Shown one piece after another: positions 42,871 through 52,820 of a DNA stretch of 64,000 nt. Under the pieces are notes generated by a model. It did no database searches, was not told the origin of the DNA, and worked only from the letters and a program-made list of their open reading frames with translations. Numbering within the stretch: the first letter of the stretch is position 1; each line of letters opens with the position of its first letter. This DNA is from Trypanosoma brucei (Eukaryota), in contig CP000069.1 of assembly GCA_000002445.1 (NCBI GenBank), positions 1,248,001 to 1,312,000 on the forward strand, read 5' to 3'. A program made the position numbers and the translations under genes.

Positions 42871-44112
42871 ATGAACTCCGGCACTTGCATTGGAGGCCTG
42901 CAAGGTTCAAAGGACCTTTTAGATGCCGTTCGAGCGGCCGTGGTTAGGGGCGATCTGGATGCGCTGGCTTCCCTCAAAGGCGATTTCCTGGTTATCAAGG
43001 AAAATATAGTTAAATGTGTTGATGGATCGGGGAACACTCTGGTTCATCTGGCACTTGGGAAAAATACCACTATGCTGGAGTTTGTAGTTAAGGAGCTTAC
43101 CGGTGATGTAAACGCGCCAAATTTTCAAGGACGCACTCCGTTGCATGAGGCCGTCAGAAACAACTATGTTGAATGTTGTGAGGCCCTCTTGGACTATGGG
43201 GCAGATGTCGGTGCCCAGTCTGCAACTCTCTCTACACCATTTCATACAGCGGCTGCCTGTGGGAGTGTGGAGTGTATGGAGGTATTGTTGAAACGGAGTG
43301 ATAACCCGAAAAATAAGGTGAACGAACTGGATCGCAACAAGTGTTCAGCGCTGCATAAGAGTGCCTCGGATGGAGACGTTCGTGTTAGCAAGTGGTTGGT
43401 AGAGCATGGCGCTGAAGTAGACCAGAAGGACGCAGATGATACGACGCCACTTCTTATGGCTGTTAAGATGGGTAAACCGGATGTGGCAGAGTATTTGATT
43501 AAGCAGGACGCGAACCGTGACCAGGCGGATTCTCACGGGAACCGTCCTGTTCATTATTGTGCTATTCGTTGTGATTATAAGATTCTCAAGATCCTCATTG
43601 ATGCAGGGGCTACAGTTAACGTTCAGAACAATGATTTAAACAATCCCCTTCATCTTGCAGCTATTCACCAGCGGCCGAATTCGAGGGAATGGGAGGATTT
43701 GATTGAGCTTCTGCTCGATTCGGGGTGTGACCCAGCGGTAGAAAATGCTTCGCGCAAAAAACCTGCAGATTATGTTGGTCGGAGCTTCAAGAAATTTTTC
43801 TCAAACGAAGTCTCCGTCGAACGTCGTAGACTAGAGAAGAAGAAGATGCAAGAAGAAGAGGAGGAGTTTAAAACAATGCTGGAGATGAGGAATACTTGGA
43901 GAGCCAACATCGTTGCTGACCTAGAAAAGGTAAAGAGAAGACAAAAAGAGGAACTTGATCGATTGCATAGGGAGACGGAAGAAAGGCACCGTGCGGAGGA
44001 TGACGCACGGATGCTATTGGAGGAAGCGATAGAGAGGAAACGCTACCAGGAGGAGCAAAGGAAAAAGCGGCTGGAGGCCGCCGAAAAGGGTGCGAGCACT
44101 ATGAAGAAGTAA
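42871..44112 (+). CDS. Ankyrin-repeat protein with a C-terminal charged coiled coil, 413 aa
   Basis: At least six ankyrin repeats (GNTLVHLAL..., GRTPLHEAVRNN..., TPFHTAAACGS..., SALHKSASDGD..., TTPLLMAVKMG..., NRPVHYCAIR..., NNPLHLAAIH...). The track start at 42853 is TTG. The first ATG is at 42871. A pyrimidine tract lies immediately upstream. Confidence 0.85.
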   Translation: MNSGTCIGGLQGSKDLLDAVRAAVVRGDLDALASLKGDFLVIKENIVKCVDGSGNTLVHLALGKNTTMLEFVVKELTGDVNAPNFQGRTPLHEAVRNNYVECCEALLDYGADVGAQSATLSTPFHTAAACGSVECMEVLLKRSDNPKNKVNELDRNKCSALHKSASDGDVRVSKWLVEHGAEVDQKDADDTTPLLMAVKMGKPDVAEYLIKQDANRDQADSHGNRPVHYCAIRCDYKILKILIDAGATVNVQNNDLNNPLHLAAIHQRPNSREWEDLIELLLDSGCDPAVENASRKKPADYVGRSFKKFFSNEVSVERRRLEKKKMQEEEEEFKTMLEMRNTWRANIVADLEKVKRRQKEELDRLHRETEERHRAEDDARMLLEEAIERKRYQEEQRKKRLEAAEKGASTMKK

Positions 44113-45099
44113 ATTACCTCATATTTATTTTTCGGGGTCTCGCTTTGCGCTTATCTCTAACCAATGTTTTCCTTCTCCCATAGCTCGCCAGCGCACAGCT
44201 GTTATTAGTTCCCATTCGCGATAGTGTGGAAGTGTTGTGTTGCAAGTTTCACGGTAGATGTGTTGATACATAAGTAACTTCTTCTAGTGTTGCAGTGACT
44301 TTCAAATTATGCAAGAGCGACACAAAGGGCTGTCCTTTTGGTAGCCGCACCTCGACTTCATGTACATGTATTATCCCCTTTATTATGTCGATCTATGTGC
44401 CCTCGTTTCTCTGTACATGTTTTTAATCTCCTTTTCGTTCATGCAACTGTATGACCATACATCTCCCTCTTTCCAGTTCTTTTCCTCCGAGGTGAACAAC
44501 GTGATGGCTGCTCAAGGGCTGTTGAAGGAGCGCGACTTGGCGGGCACTGCAGCGTTCGAGGTTGCGCTGCAGCACATTGTTGTGAGGCAGGATCGTACTT
44601 ACCACTTTGCGCAACTATTAATTGCGCTTTCTTTTCTAGTTCTCATTGTCGAGGTCGTGCTAATCGTTGTCACTTATGCAGTGCTTCCGATTTTGTCCAT
44701 CGAACCCGAGGGGTACGTATGTCATATTTTGTCCTTTGCCTCGCCACCTTGTCTCATTCTACCGGTTGTGTGTCTCGGGTTGCTCCGCACTGCGACCCAA
44801 AGGTTCGCTATTGAATCCGGCAGCCAAATGGTACATAGACTAAATGCCACCGTTATGGAACCTTGCTTGGGAATGCACTTCAAATATTTATCGGGGAAGA
44901 TTAGTTCTGACGGGTATTGTTATGCTGATAGGGACCTGTTGTCTAAACCCGACTATACGAGTCAGACCTGACGGTTCGTGAAGATAGGGGGATGTGCCGC
45001 CATCTGTTCTGGCGGTACCGGCTGCCAATGCCTTGCCGTCCTCCGACTTGTGCCGTAGCGCTCCTTTTCCCACTGAGTGCATTATCGGGGAGTACACGC

Positions 45100-45180
45100 G
45101 TGCGCGTGTGCTTGTGGGATGGCCGTTTCACTTTCCTCTGCCTCCCCCTTTTGTTTCTTCCCCCTTTCTGTTTCCACACG
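45100..45180 (+). promoter_or_regulatory. Polypyrimidine tract plus downstream AG: candidate spliced-leader acceptor region for the phosphatase gene
   Basis: Sequence ttcactttcctctgcctcccccttttgtttcttccccctttctgtttccacacgag lies about 50-120 nt upstream of the ATG at 45226. The ORF-track extension across it (CLPLLFLPPFCFH) is translated pyrimidine tract. Confidence 0.55.
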
Positions 45181-45225
45181 AGTCAGACACCTCATTTCAA
45201 AGCTCATAGCTCCTCCAAGTACAGA

Positions 45226-46326
45226 ATGCCGAACGCTGATGCTCTATGGGTTGTTTTCTTTTGTATCATCGGGACTATGCGTGTCGAGGGACGGCAGATA
45301 GTGGTTGTAGGGGATTTGCACGGGGACCTCAATCAAACCCTCGCCATATTAAAGATTACAGGGCTTGTTGATGACCGCCAGCATTGGATTGGTGGTGATA
45401 GTTTTTTTGTCCAGCTTGGCGACATATTCGATGTGGGCCCGGACGACATTTCGATAGTTAAACTCCTGATGAAACTTGAAAAGGAGGCACAATCAGTGGG
45501 TGGGGATGTTATCGAGCTTTTGGGCAATCATGAGATTCGTAATCTTCTCGGGGACTACAGTGCAGTGGACCCCGGTAGCCTCGCGGGCTCTGGAGGTGTC
45601 AGTGGGCGCGATCGTTTACTTTCCAACAGGACTTCTGTTGGCATGTATTTGCGTACAAGGAAAGCCATTTTTCACCATAACGAATTTCTTTTCATGCATG
45701 GGGGGTTGTCAACTGCGACGGCGAGCATTATCACAGGTATTGACAAAATACATGAGTTTAACAAGGATTTGAGAAAGGCGTTAACGAATGGTACGCTGAC
45801 CCCTCTGGGAAGTACAGGCCTCAACCTCGCCGAAGGTGGTGGACAAGAAGTTGTGAACCCCATTTTGGTTCGCTCAATCTTGAACGTCCGCTGTAAAGAC
45901 TTGATAAAGGTTCTTCAAAATAAATTTGCCGGAATTAAGTCTGTGGTGGTTGGCCATGTGCCTCACAACCATCAGGATTTTAAGGATTGGCGACTATGCG
46001 GGGGCCATTTAATTGCTATCGATTTCGGTCTTAGTCGTTGGAAGAAAGGTGATCCAGGGCACGTGGCCGCGCTGCAGATTGACGATACCACAGGTCACGT
46101 GCAGCTGCTTGAGTCGACGGTACGCTTTCCTGAATTCAGCGCTGATGAGCACCCCGTGGATAGGCCGTTGATTGGCAAGTGGTTTCCAGTGATTGAGCGT
46201 GTATCGGTCGTTGTCATCATTCTCGTTTCTTTGGTATTTATTGGGAAGTGGGCAGTATCGTTTATCTGCGGTGGTAATGGCGGCACTCCCGGTAATCGAC
46301 GATATGGGACTTTTTCCCCTGTGTAG
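45226..46326 (+). CDS. PPP-family (bacterial-like / ApaH-like) metallophosphoesterase-type Ser/Thr phosphatase with hydrophobic N- and C-terminal segments, 366 aa
   Basis: PPP signature motifs in order: GDLHGD, GDIFDVGPD, GNHE, HGG (FLFMHGGLS). N-terminal hydrophobic stretch ALWVVFFCIIGT. C-terminal transmembrane-like VSVVVIILVSLVFIGKWAV. Start reset from the track's 44992 to the first ATG after the pyrimidine tract. Confidence 0.72.
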   Translation: MPNADALWVVFFCIIGTMRVEGRQIVVVGDLHGDLNQTLAILKITGLVDDRQHWIGGDSFFVQLGDIFDVGPDDISIVKLLMKLEKEAQSVGGDVIELLGNHEIRNLLGDYSAVDPGSLAGSGGVSGRDRLLSNRTSVGMYLRTRKAIFHHNEFLFMHGGLSTATASIITGIDKIHEFNKDLRKALTNGTLTPLGSTGLNLAEGGGQEVVNPILVRSILNVRCKDLIKVLQNKFAGIKSVVVGHVPHNHQDFKDWRLCGGHLIAIDFGLSRWKKGDPGHVAALQIDDTTGHVQLLESTVRFPEFSADEHPVDRPLIGKWFPVIERVSVVVIILVSLVFIGKWAVSFICGGNGGTPGNRRYGTFSPV

Positions 46327-47700
46327 GAGCTCAGAATCGACGGGAGGAGTCAGCTGCCGATTAAGTCAAGGGTCCGCATGCAGAAGAGGTCAATGTGCTG
46401 TGTTTAATGTGCATGTGCTGCGTGTTTTTCTTTTTCGCGTGGGAAACGTATACAATGAGCGAAGGATGGTATGTGACTGCTAACCCGAAGGGGCACTGTG
46501 CCGCTCACGCTGGCATCCCCTCTGCGCCCTGTAGTCATCGGCGGGGTTCATTGTTAGCATTTAGTGGTTACGGGCTAGGAAGAGGTACCCCCGGCATATG
46601 TGTGCGGGCTGAGTGGGGCAGGTGGACAAGTAACATGTACAAGGAAAAGGGGAGGGGTAGCATTCTTGCCACTGTGTTGTGTACATATATATACATATGC
46701 CTATATATACTTTTTGGTAGCGGTTGATGCAGTGTGTTTGTTTCAACCGTTCGAGCTTGCGCTGAGTAATTAACACTTGTAACTGAAACATAGAACGTGT
46801 GGTACGGAGAAGATTGTTCTTTATCGCCTTTTTGTGAGGTTGGTGTTGTTTTTCGTGTTTTTGCTCGAGTTTTTTTCTCATCCTCAGCTCTTCTACACTT
46901 TGAGCCAAATTGAATTATTCTAGTTAAGCTGAAACGAGAGTAACGTGAGAAGCTACTCTGTATCTAGTTAGGTAGCATGTACGTGCTTTATTACTACGGG
47001 CACCGTGAGTGGAAGTATAGCTCGGTAAACTTTATGGTGCCCTTCAGCTAAGGTTTGTGGGATCGGTTGTTGGCTGGATGAATGGTTGTGACGGTTCACC
47101 TTCTGGTACTGCTGTTTGAAGCGGGGTTTGATTGGGGTGTGGACCATGTATGTTTGCGTGTATGAATAGGTGAGTGTATTGAGTGTTATAGCTAGATATG
47201 ATTGTAGCCTCGTGCATGGTGTGGGGTGGAATGTTACTCGTCTCAAAAGACCTTGGCCTCCTGCGTTGCTTGGTCCTGTAGATACCTCTACCAAGGATGA
47301 AATAGGCAGCAACAGACCGTTAAGGGGGAGCTGCAGCGGAGCAGCGTTTGCAGCCTCCCCTCTAAGGGGCAGTGGGGCTTTTGTTCTCTTTGAAAAAGAG
47401 TGCAAAAAACTTATTATTTTTCAAAGAACTGTTGTTTTGTAGTAGTGTGTCGGCTAAGTGTTTGCGTCTCTATATTTGAGAATCAAATGAATGTTGTGAT
47501 TGTTGTTTTGTGTTTATCACTCAATCTTCCCACCAAGGCACCTGATTTCTTCCCCCCTACTTTGCGGAGGTGCTTGAATTTTCCTTTTCATTCGAAAGGA
47601 AGGGGTGGCTACTAGTGGTGACGAAAGAAAACTGGAGCAACTTGCCTTCTCGGAAGGTTGTACTCGCTTTATAGGTTAATGAAAAGTGGGCCGTGCTGAA

Positions 47701-50415
47701 ATGCCCAAGAAAACTCGCGTCGAAGACCCCTTTGGCACGGCCGACGAGAATGATCGCGTTGTCGAGCTTTGGTTTCACGCGCAGGTTCCTCCAAAGTTTT
47801 GGGAGAAGCATGCTGGCACCAATCTCATGTTCGCATCAAATGTAATGGGTGAGGAGGAACGAGCTCTGGCTTGCAATTTGGTGGAGTCCGACAGCCCACC
47901 GGAGCCTTTCTCTATCCGCTTCTTTCGTCGCAAAGTTAATCTAGCACCCGGTGCTCTTCTTCAAGTTTGCAATGAAACCCACAAAATGACTGTGTATATC
48001 CGTAACTCTGGAATGTTAGAATCGGATGTAGCCGCTCCGAAGCCGAGCAAACGTGGTGCAAAAAAGGAGCGGCCTAGAAAAGGTGATGACTCATTTTTCA
48101 CGGACACCGTGGAAACTTTGACGTCACTTGAGTTTGATTTTATGGATCTTCTCACATCCTGTTCTGCAAAGTACCCCCTACAGGTGGATGACGGTTCTCT
48201 ATTCCGTAATTGCGTAATGGAGATATGTTGCGCTGAGCCATTTCTGCCTCCCAAGAGGTTCGACAGGTACCGACCACTGAAGTTTGAAATCTGCTCACTC
48301 AACAATCTTCCGGACCCTCGCACCCTCGATACACCGTTGTCTGTGTCGGTAAACTTCGGTGATATAAGTATTTCGTCGCCGAAGGTGAGCGTACCGCACA
48401 GCGGTAGGTCAATATTCCGTCAAATAGTGTTTTTGGGTCAAAGCACCCCTCTGCAAGTATACCGGGAGGCATTTTTCAAACCATTAGTTGTGACGCTTTT
48501 GGACGATAAGGCGAACGCGATTGGTAGGGGATCCGCTTCTGTTCGGGAGTATGTTACAGATAATCGGACAACGTTCAGTGAAATGGTGCATCTCTTACCG
48601 ATCCGAAGTGGTCTGTACGGCTGCGTTTGTCTGACTGAGGGTACGTTCGTGCTGCTCAAACTAGATTTTTTTTCCCCCTTACCGCCTTGCTGCCACGTTT
48701 ACAGCGATGGACGACCGGCATATGGGCATTTCCTTACTCGTGGTGTTATTCGTATGCCATACATGACACGGTGGGCAGGCGCCGTTCTGAGCACGTTTAT
48801 TGCCACCCTTCTGGAGACTAAGAGACCCACGGTGAATGACGACGTATACCAGCGGAAAGCTCCGGTCGTTAAACCGGAGGTTCCATCTGTGAAGGAGAAG
48901 AAAAAGGAACTCAAGCAGCATAAGGGCCAACAGGTAGTGCCACAGCGCCCACCTTCACCGCCATCGCCCTTCAGTCTTCCATTTGAGGTTGTGACTCCTC
49001 CTGGCATTAGTGGTGTTGAAGTGATGGATGACGACACGAGGATTTTTTGTATCGAGGGGCCCGTTTCGGAAATTCACAAACTGTTCGAGCGAATGAGCGC
49101 GGCGTCGGGGCACGATCCTCAGTTGGTACTCCTCATGAACGCGGAGCTATTTATTCCACAGCGCGAATACCTATCTTTTCCGCCACTTGTGACGCTACCG
49201 CCCTCGTTTGAATGCTTGGATGCAAACATGGATGCAAAGGGGGAGTCAGCTCTGGGAGATACACCAGAGGCTAATGCCCTTGGGGCCACCCTTTCCTGTT
49301 CTGAAGGTGCCGCCGTGTCACCCCGACCCACAGAGTTACCAGGACGGCCTCCGTCAGAACAGGATGCAAGTATCGAAGACAGTTTCGATACAGGAGAAGT
49401 GGAGGCAAACGGAACTGGGGGTCGAATTCATCGCGTCCGTATTTCAGCAACCATCGCGTCGCTAGTATCCCATCAACGCCACCTGCTGAAACGGAGTTTG
49501 TCGGAGAGTTGCATCGCTTGTTATAGTAAGCTCGACGCCATAAGCAGTTGTTCGCAGCTGCGCCAAGTTGTTGAACGTGATCTTTTCCCAACTCCAGAAG
49601 AGGTGCTCGCCTTGGAGCGGTCATTCGGTCGCATGCTGGGTCTGCCCGACGTCTTTGGACGGGAGGAGTTTGTTAATGTCACCAACAATGTGGACATGGA
49701 AAATTTTGCGTACCAGGGGGAAGTACAAGAAACCGCGGCAGATATCGATCTACATGCTTTAGAGGAGAAGGATGTTGGAAAATGTGTTGTGTTTGATGCT
49801 ATTCGTTCTGGTTGCTGCAGACGACTTCCTCCCTTTGTCGAGCAGCGGTTTCCTCATGCCTGCTGGATGCGCGTGGTGAGCACCAACAAGAATGTCTTGT
49901 GTGCCTTTCCCGTGAATTCACAACCAAGCCGAAGCATCCGTTACCGCGTAGAGGCGGAAATTATTCGTATGAATGGTAGTCTTTTTATCTTTGCTCTCAA
50001 GTCCACCTCGCTCGCCAAGGGGTTTACAGACTCACATAATCTGTCGTATGAGGCTCGTTTAGCTGCATCGTTACGAGCAAAGAAACGTCGGTCATCTAGT
50101 TTGCAAAGGGGAGGAGCACTTTCACTTGAAATATTGGCTTTGGAGCGTTCTCTGCAGCGCACGGAAACGAGTGGCGCTACTGGTGATGATTCTTCTGAGT
50201 CTCCGCGGAAGGATGCAGACACCAGGGCGAGGACTCAAGTCGCTGCTTCCCTGGGGAAATATCCTGATTCCAAACGGCGGCACATCTTGCCAGTGTGCTT
50301 GAAGCCCAGTCGAGAGGAGCAGCGCGAGCAGTATGCCTTGTGTTGGGAAATTTACCGCCGAAGGGCCCCGCAGGAGCGGCCAAAATTACCCAAAGGACCA
50401 CCGATGCGTTTTTGA
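47701..50415 (+). CDS. Large conserved hypothetical protein (904 aa) with a central proline-rich linker
   Basis: The track start at 47686 is GTG. The first ATG is at 47701 (MPKKTRVEDPF...). The ORF is long and uninterrupted in the orientation of the array. No recognisable catalytic motifs. Confidence 0.68.
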   Translation: MPKKTRVEDPFGTADENDRVVELWFHAQVPPKFWEKHAGTNLMFASNVMGEEERALACNLVESDSPPEPFSIRFFRRKVNLAPGALLQVCNETHKMTVYIRNSGMLESDVAAPKPSKRGAKKERPRKGDDSFFTDTVETLTSLEFDFMDLLTSCSAKYPLQVDDGSLFRNCVMEICCAEPFLPPKRFDRYRPLKFEICSLNNLPDPRTLDTPLSVSVNFGDISISSPKVSVPHSGRSIFRQIVFLGQSTPLQVYREAFFKPLVVTLLDDKANAIGRGSASVREYVTDNRTTFSEMVHLLPIRSGLYGCVCLTEGTFVLLKLDFFSPLPPCCHVYSDGRPAYGHFLTRGVIRMPYMTRWAGAVLSTFIATLLETKRPTVNDDVYQRKAPVVKPEVPSVKEKKKELKQHKGQQVVPQRPPSPPSPFSLPFEVVTPPGISGVEVMDDDTRIFCIEGPVSEIHKLFERMSAASGHDPQLVLLMNAELFIPQREYLSFPPLVTLPPSFECLDANMDAKGESALGDTPEANALGATLSCSEGAAVSPRPTELPGRPPSEQDASIEDSFDTGEVEANGTGGRIHRVRISATIASLVSHQRHLLKRSLSESCIACYSKLDAISSCSQLRQVVERDLFPTPEEVLALERSFGRMLGLPDVFGREEFVNVTNNVDMENFAYQGEVQETAADIDLHALEEKDVGKCVVFDAIRSGCCRRLPPFVEQRFPHACWMRVVSTNKNVLCAFPVNSQPSRSIRYRVEAEIIRMNGSLFIFALKSTSLAKGFTDSHNLSYEARLAASLRAKKRRSSSLQRGGALSLEILALERSLQRTETSGATGDDSSESPRKDADTRARTQVAASLGKYPDSKRRHILPVCLKPSREEQREQYALCWEIYRRRAPQERPKLPKGPPMRF

Positions 50416-50801
50416 ATGTGTAAATAAGCATGTCTTTACCTATGAGATTTGCTTTGTTATACGGTTGTATATATGTTTCCCCTGTGCCAACTCTCTTCGG
50501 CATTCCTTGTGTAGAGACTGTGGTCGCACTGCAGCTAAGTGGCTTATATGACTCAATGCAGTTACTGGTGGCGGAACCACATATGTAGATTTGAAACTTG
50601 TTGAGAGCCCGCAAGGAAAGCGGGATGGGTGACTCATATTACCGTTTGGTAGCGCGTATCACCAGTCAGCTGCTTTAGATTTTTCTCTTGCTTCTCACTC
50701 ACCTCCGCTTCTGTTTGCCCTCGCTTGAAGTTTTGCCTTTTTCCGATAGAGTGTTAACACTGTTGTTCCGAGTCACAAACTGCAGTGGTGAAAGTCGAAG
50801 G

Positions 50802-51872
50802 ATGAGGATAATTCTCAAGAGCGTGCTGGGGAAGAAGCGTGAGCACGAAGTAAGCCCAGATACCAAGGTAGAGGATATAAAGAAGTTTCTTGAGAGCGAA
50901 TACACCCCACAAAGTCTTCGACTGTGTTACAATAACCGCGTTCTGGAGGACCCAATGACCATGGAACAGTTGGGCATTGGAGAGGACACCGTTATTGTGT
51001 ATGTGGGAAAGAAACAATCGGTTCAGCAGTTGGCGTCCAAGTCGGGCGGGTGTGCCTCACCAAGTGCTCCTGCAGAGGGCCCCGCAAAGGGGGAATTAAA
51101 CGAAAACCCTGGAGTCGCTGGTGCGAGCAGTGTACCGGTTGATGTGCCGGCCCCTTCCCCTAGTGCTCAAGCACCGGCGACAACACAGCAACCCTCAGGT
51201 CCCGCGCCTGCGTCTCTTCGGAGTGTTGATCCAGCCCTTATAGATTCAATTGTCGCGATGGGGTTTAACGACCGCGAGCAGGTATCTCTTGCACTTCGCG
51301 CCGCCTACATGAACGCCGATCGGGCGGTGGAATTTTTGTGCACGGGGATTCCTCCACATGTCCAGCAGCAACTCGCGGAGGCAGATCTCCAGGCAAGTGC
51401 CATGGGTAGAGCAGCGGTGCCGTCAGCGGGCACGCCGCCGTCGGACGCCGGGTCGGGTGGTACTCAGTCAGACCTTCGGAGGGCGCTGTCGGCGATTCCC
51501 CATATTGATGATTTCCGTTCACTGCTGCAAAACAACCCTCAAGCCTTTAGCGCGCTGGCCGGCCAACTACTTGAAAACTTCCCGCAAGTTGGCGAGCTTG
51601 CGCAGCAGGACCCGGAGGAGTTTGCAAGGTTTATGATGGCTGGGTCGGTGCCGGATAACGCTGACCAGACCCTTGTGACTGCTGGTGAGACGGAAGTGGA
51701 TGATGCTCAACCGTTAGGTGAGGAAGACAGAGCTGCAGTTAATCGCCTCGTTTTACTTGGTGAGGGAGCGTGGGGTGAGCGTGAGGCAACTGAAGCATAT
51801 CGCATGTGCGGACGGAGGGAAGATGCGGCAGCACATTTTCTTCTTTTCAACTTTCTCGGGATTACCGACTGA
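50802..51872 (+). CDS. RAD23: UV excision repair protein RAD23 homolog (UBL-UBA1-XPC binding-UBA2), 356 aa
   Basis: N-terminal ubiquitin-like domain (MRIILKSVLGKKREHEVSPDTKVEDIKKFLE...). UBA1 (IDSIVAMGFNDREQVSLALRAAYMNADRAVEFL). XPC-binding/STI1-like segment. C-terminal UBA2 (VNRLVLLGEGAWGEREATEAYRMCGRREDAAAHFLL). The track start at 50688 is TTG and runs over a pyrimidine tract. The first ATG is at 50802. Confidence 0.88.
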   Translation: MRIILKSVLGKKREHEVSPDTKVEDIKKFLESEYTPQSLRLCYNNRVLEDPMTMEQLGIGEDTVIVYVGKKQSVQQLASKSGGCASPSAPAEGPAKGELNENPGVAGASSVPVDVPAPSPSAQAPATTQQPSGPAPASLRSVDPALIDSIVAMGFNDREQVSLALRAAYMNADRAVEFLCTGIPPHVQQQLAEADLQASAMGRAAVPSAGTPPSDAGSGGTQSDLRRALSAIPHIDDFRSLLQNNPQAFSALAGQLLENFPQVGELAQQDPEEFARFMMAGSVPDNADQTLVTAGETEVDDAQPLGEEDRAAVNRLVLLGEGAWGEREATEAYRMCGRREDAAAHFLLFNFLGITD

Positions 51873-52820
51873 CGACGGAACAACCGCGTCCATTTTGTTG
51901 GTTGTTGTGAAAGTGCTCCGCGGCTCGAGGCTTGGCGAGGTGCGGGGAAATCGGTGTGATATCCATCGTAATCGGTGGGTACCGTTCAGGAGAATACTCT
52001 ATTCCAGTACGTTTACAGGGCCGGGGGCTACAGATCTAAATGGGGAAGGGGCAGTGTGATGGAGGCAATAAAGAGTTTATGTTTGTTTGCAATCGTCTCT
52101 ACGTTTACCCTCGTGACCTCTTTCTGGTAAGTTGTTGAATGAGTGGTCCGAAGTACGAGGGTGTCATTTGTCACTTAAGTACCGAATGATGGCGGTTGTC
52201 CGTTGCACACCTGTTGCGACTCTATTTGTCTACTTTCTCCTTGCTCTCCTTGGGGGATGGGAGCGTCGGTGGATTTTTGTCGGAAGGTTTTCTCCCTAAT
52301 CGTCATTATTATTAACTTCCTTTTTTTCCCTCGTGTGCGTGAATATGGGGATGTGGGGGAAAGGGGTATTATGAGTGCAGCGCTCAAAGTGGAGTGCGGC
52401 ATGTTCAGTGGCACACCCTTCACGCTACCACTGTCAACTTACAAAATCGAAAGGAAGAGAGATGTGAGCTGCGATGTCAGCGGTATGCATGTGTGGGGTG
52501 TGGGAATGAAGCTCGATGGGTGGTGGAAGAAAGAAAACGGAACAGGAAATATGACCCAGCTTTGGAGTTCACGGACACTCGTTATGAACCTCTTGGATAT
52601 TGGTCTTGTTACTCGCATCTTCCTCCCCTTGGCGCTCACCTTAGGTTGCAAGCACGTTGAATACCTTTGAGTTTACCCTACCATTCTTTTGGTCCCCTGT
52701 TAAACTGACTTGTCTCGTGTTTCTTCCCGGCGTGTAGACCCGAAAGAGGGGTGTCGCCGGTTGTGGCTCTTAGTTAAAACAAGTAATTAAAGTTAAAGTT
52801 GTACATTTCCCTTGTTGTAT

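Noticed and set aside
44992-45225. ATG-initiated N-terminal extension of the phosphatase ORF
   Set aside because: Encodes a C/L/P/F-rich peptide from a polypyrimidine tract followed by AG, the trans-splicing signal. The conserved protein begins at 45226.
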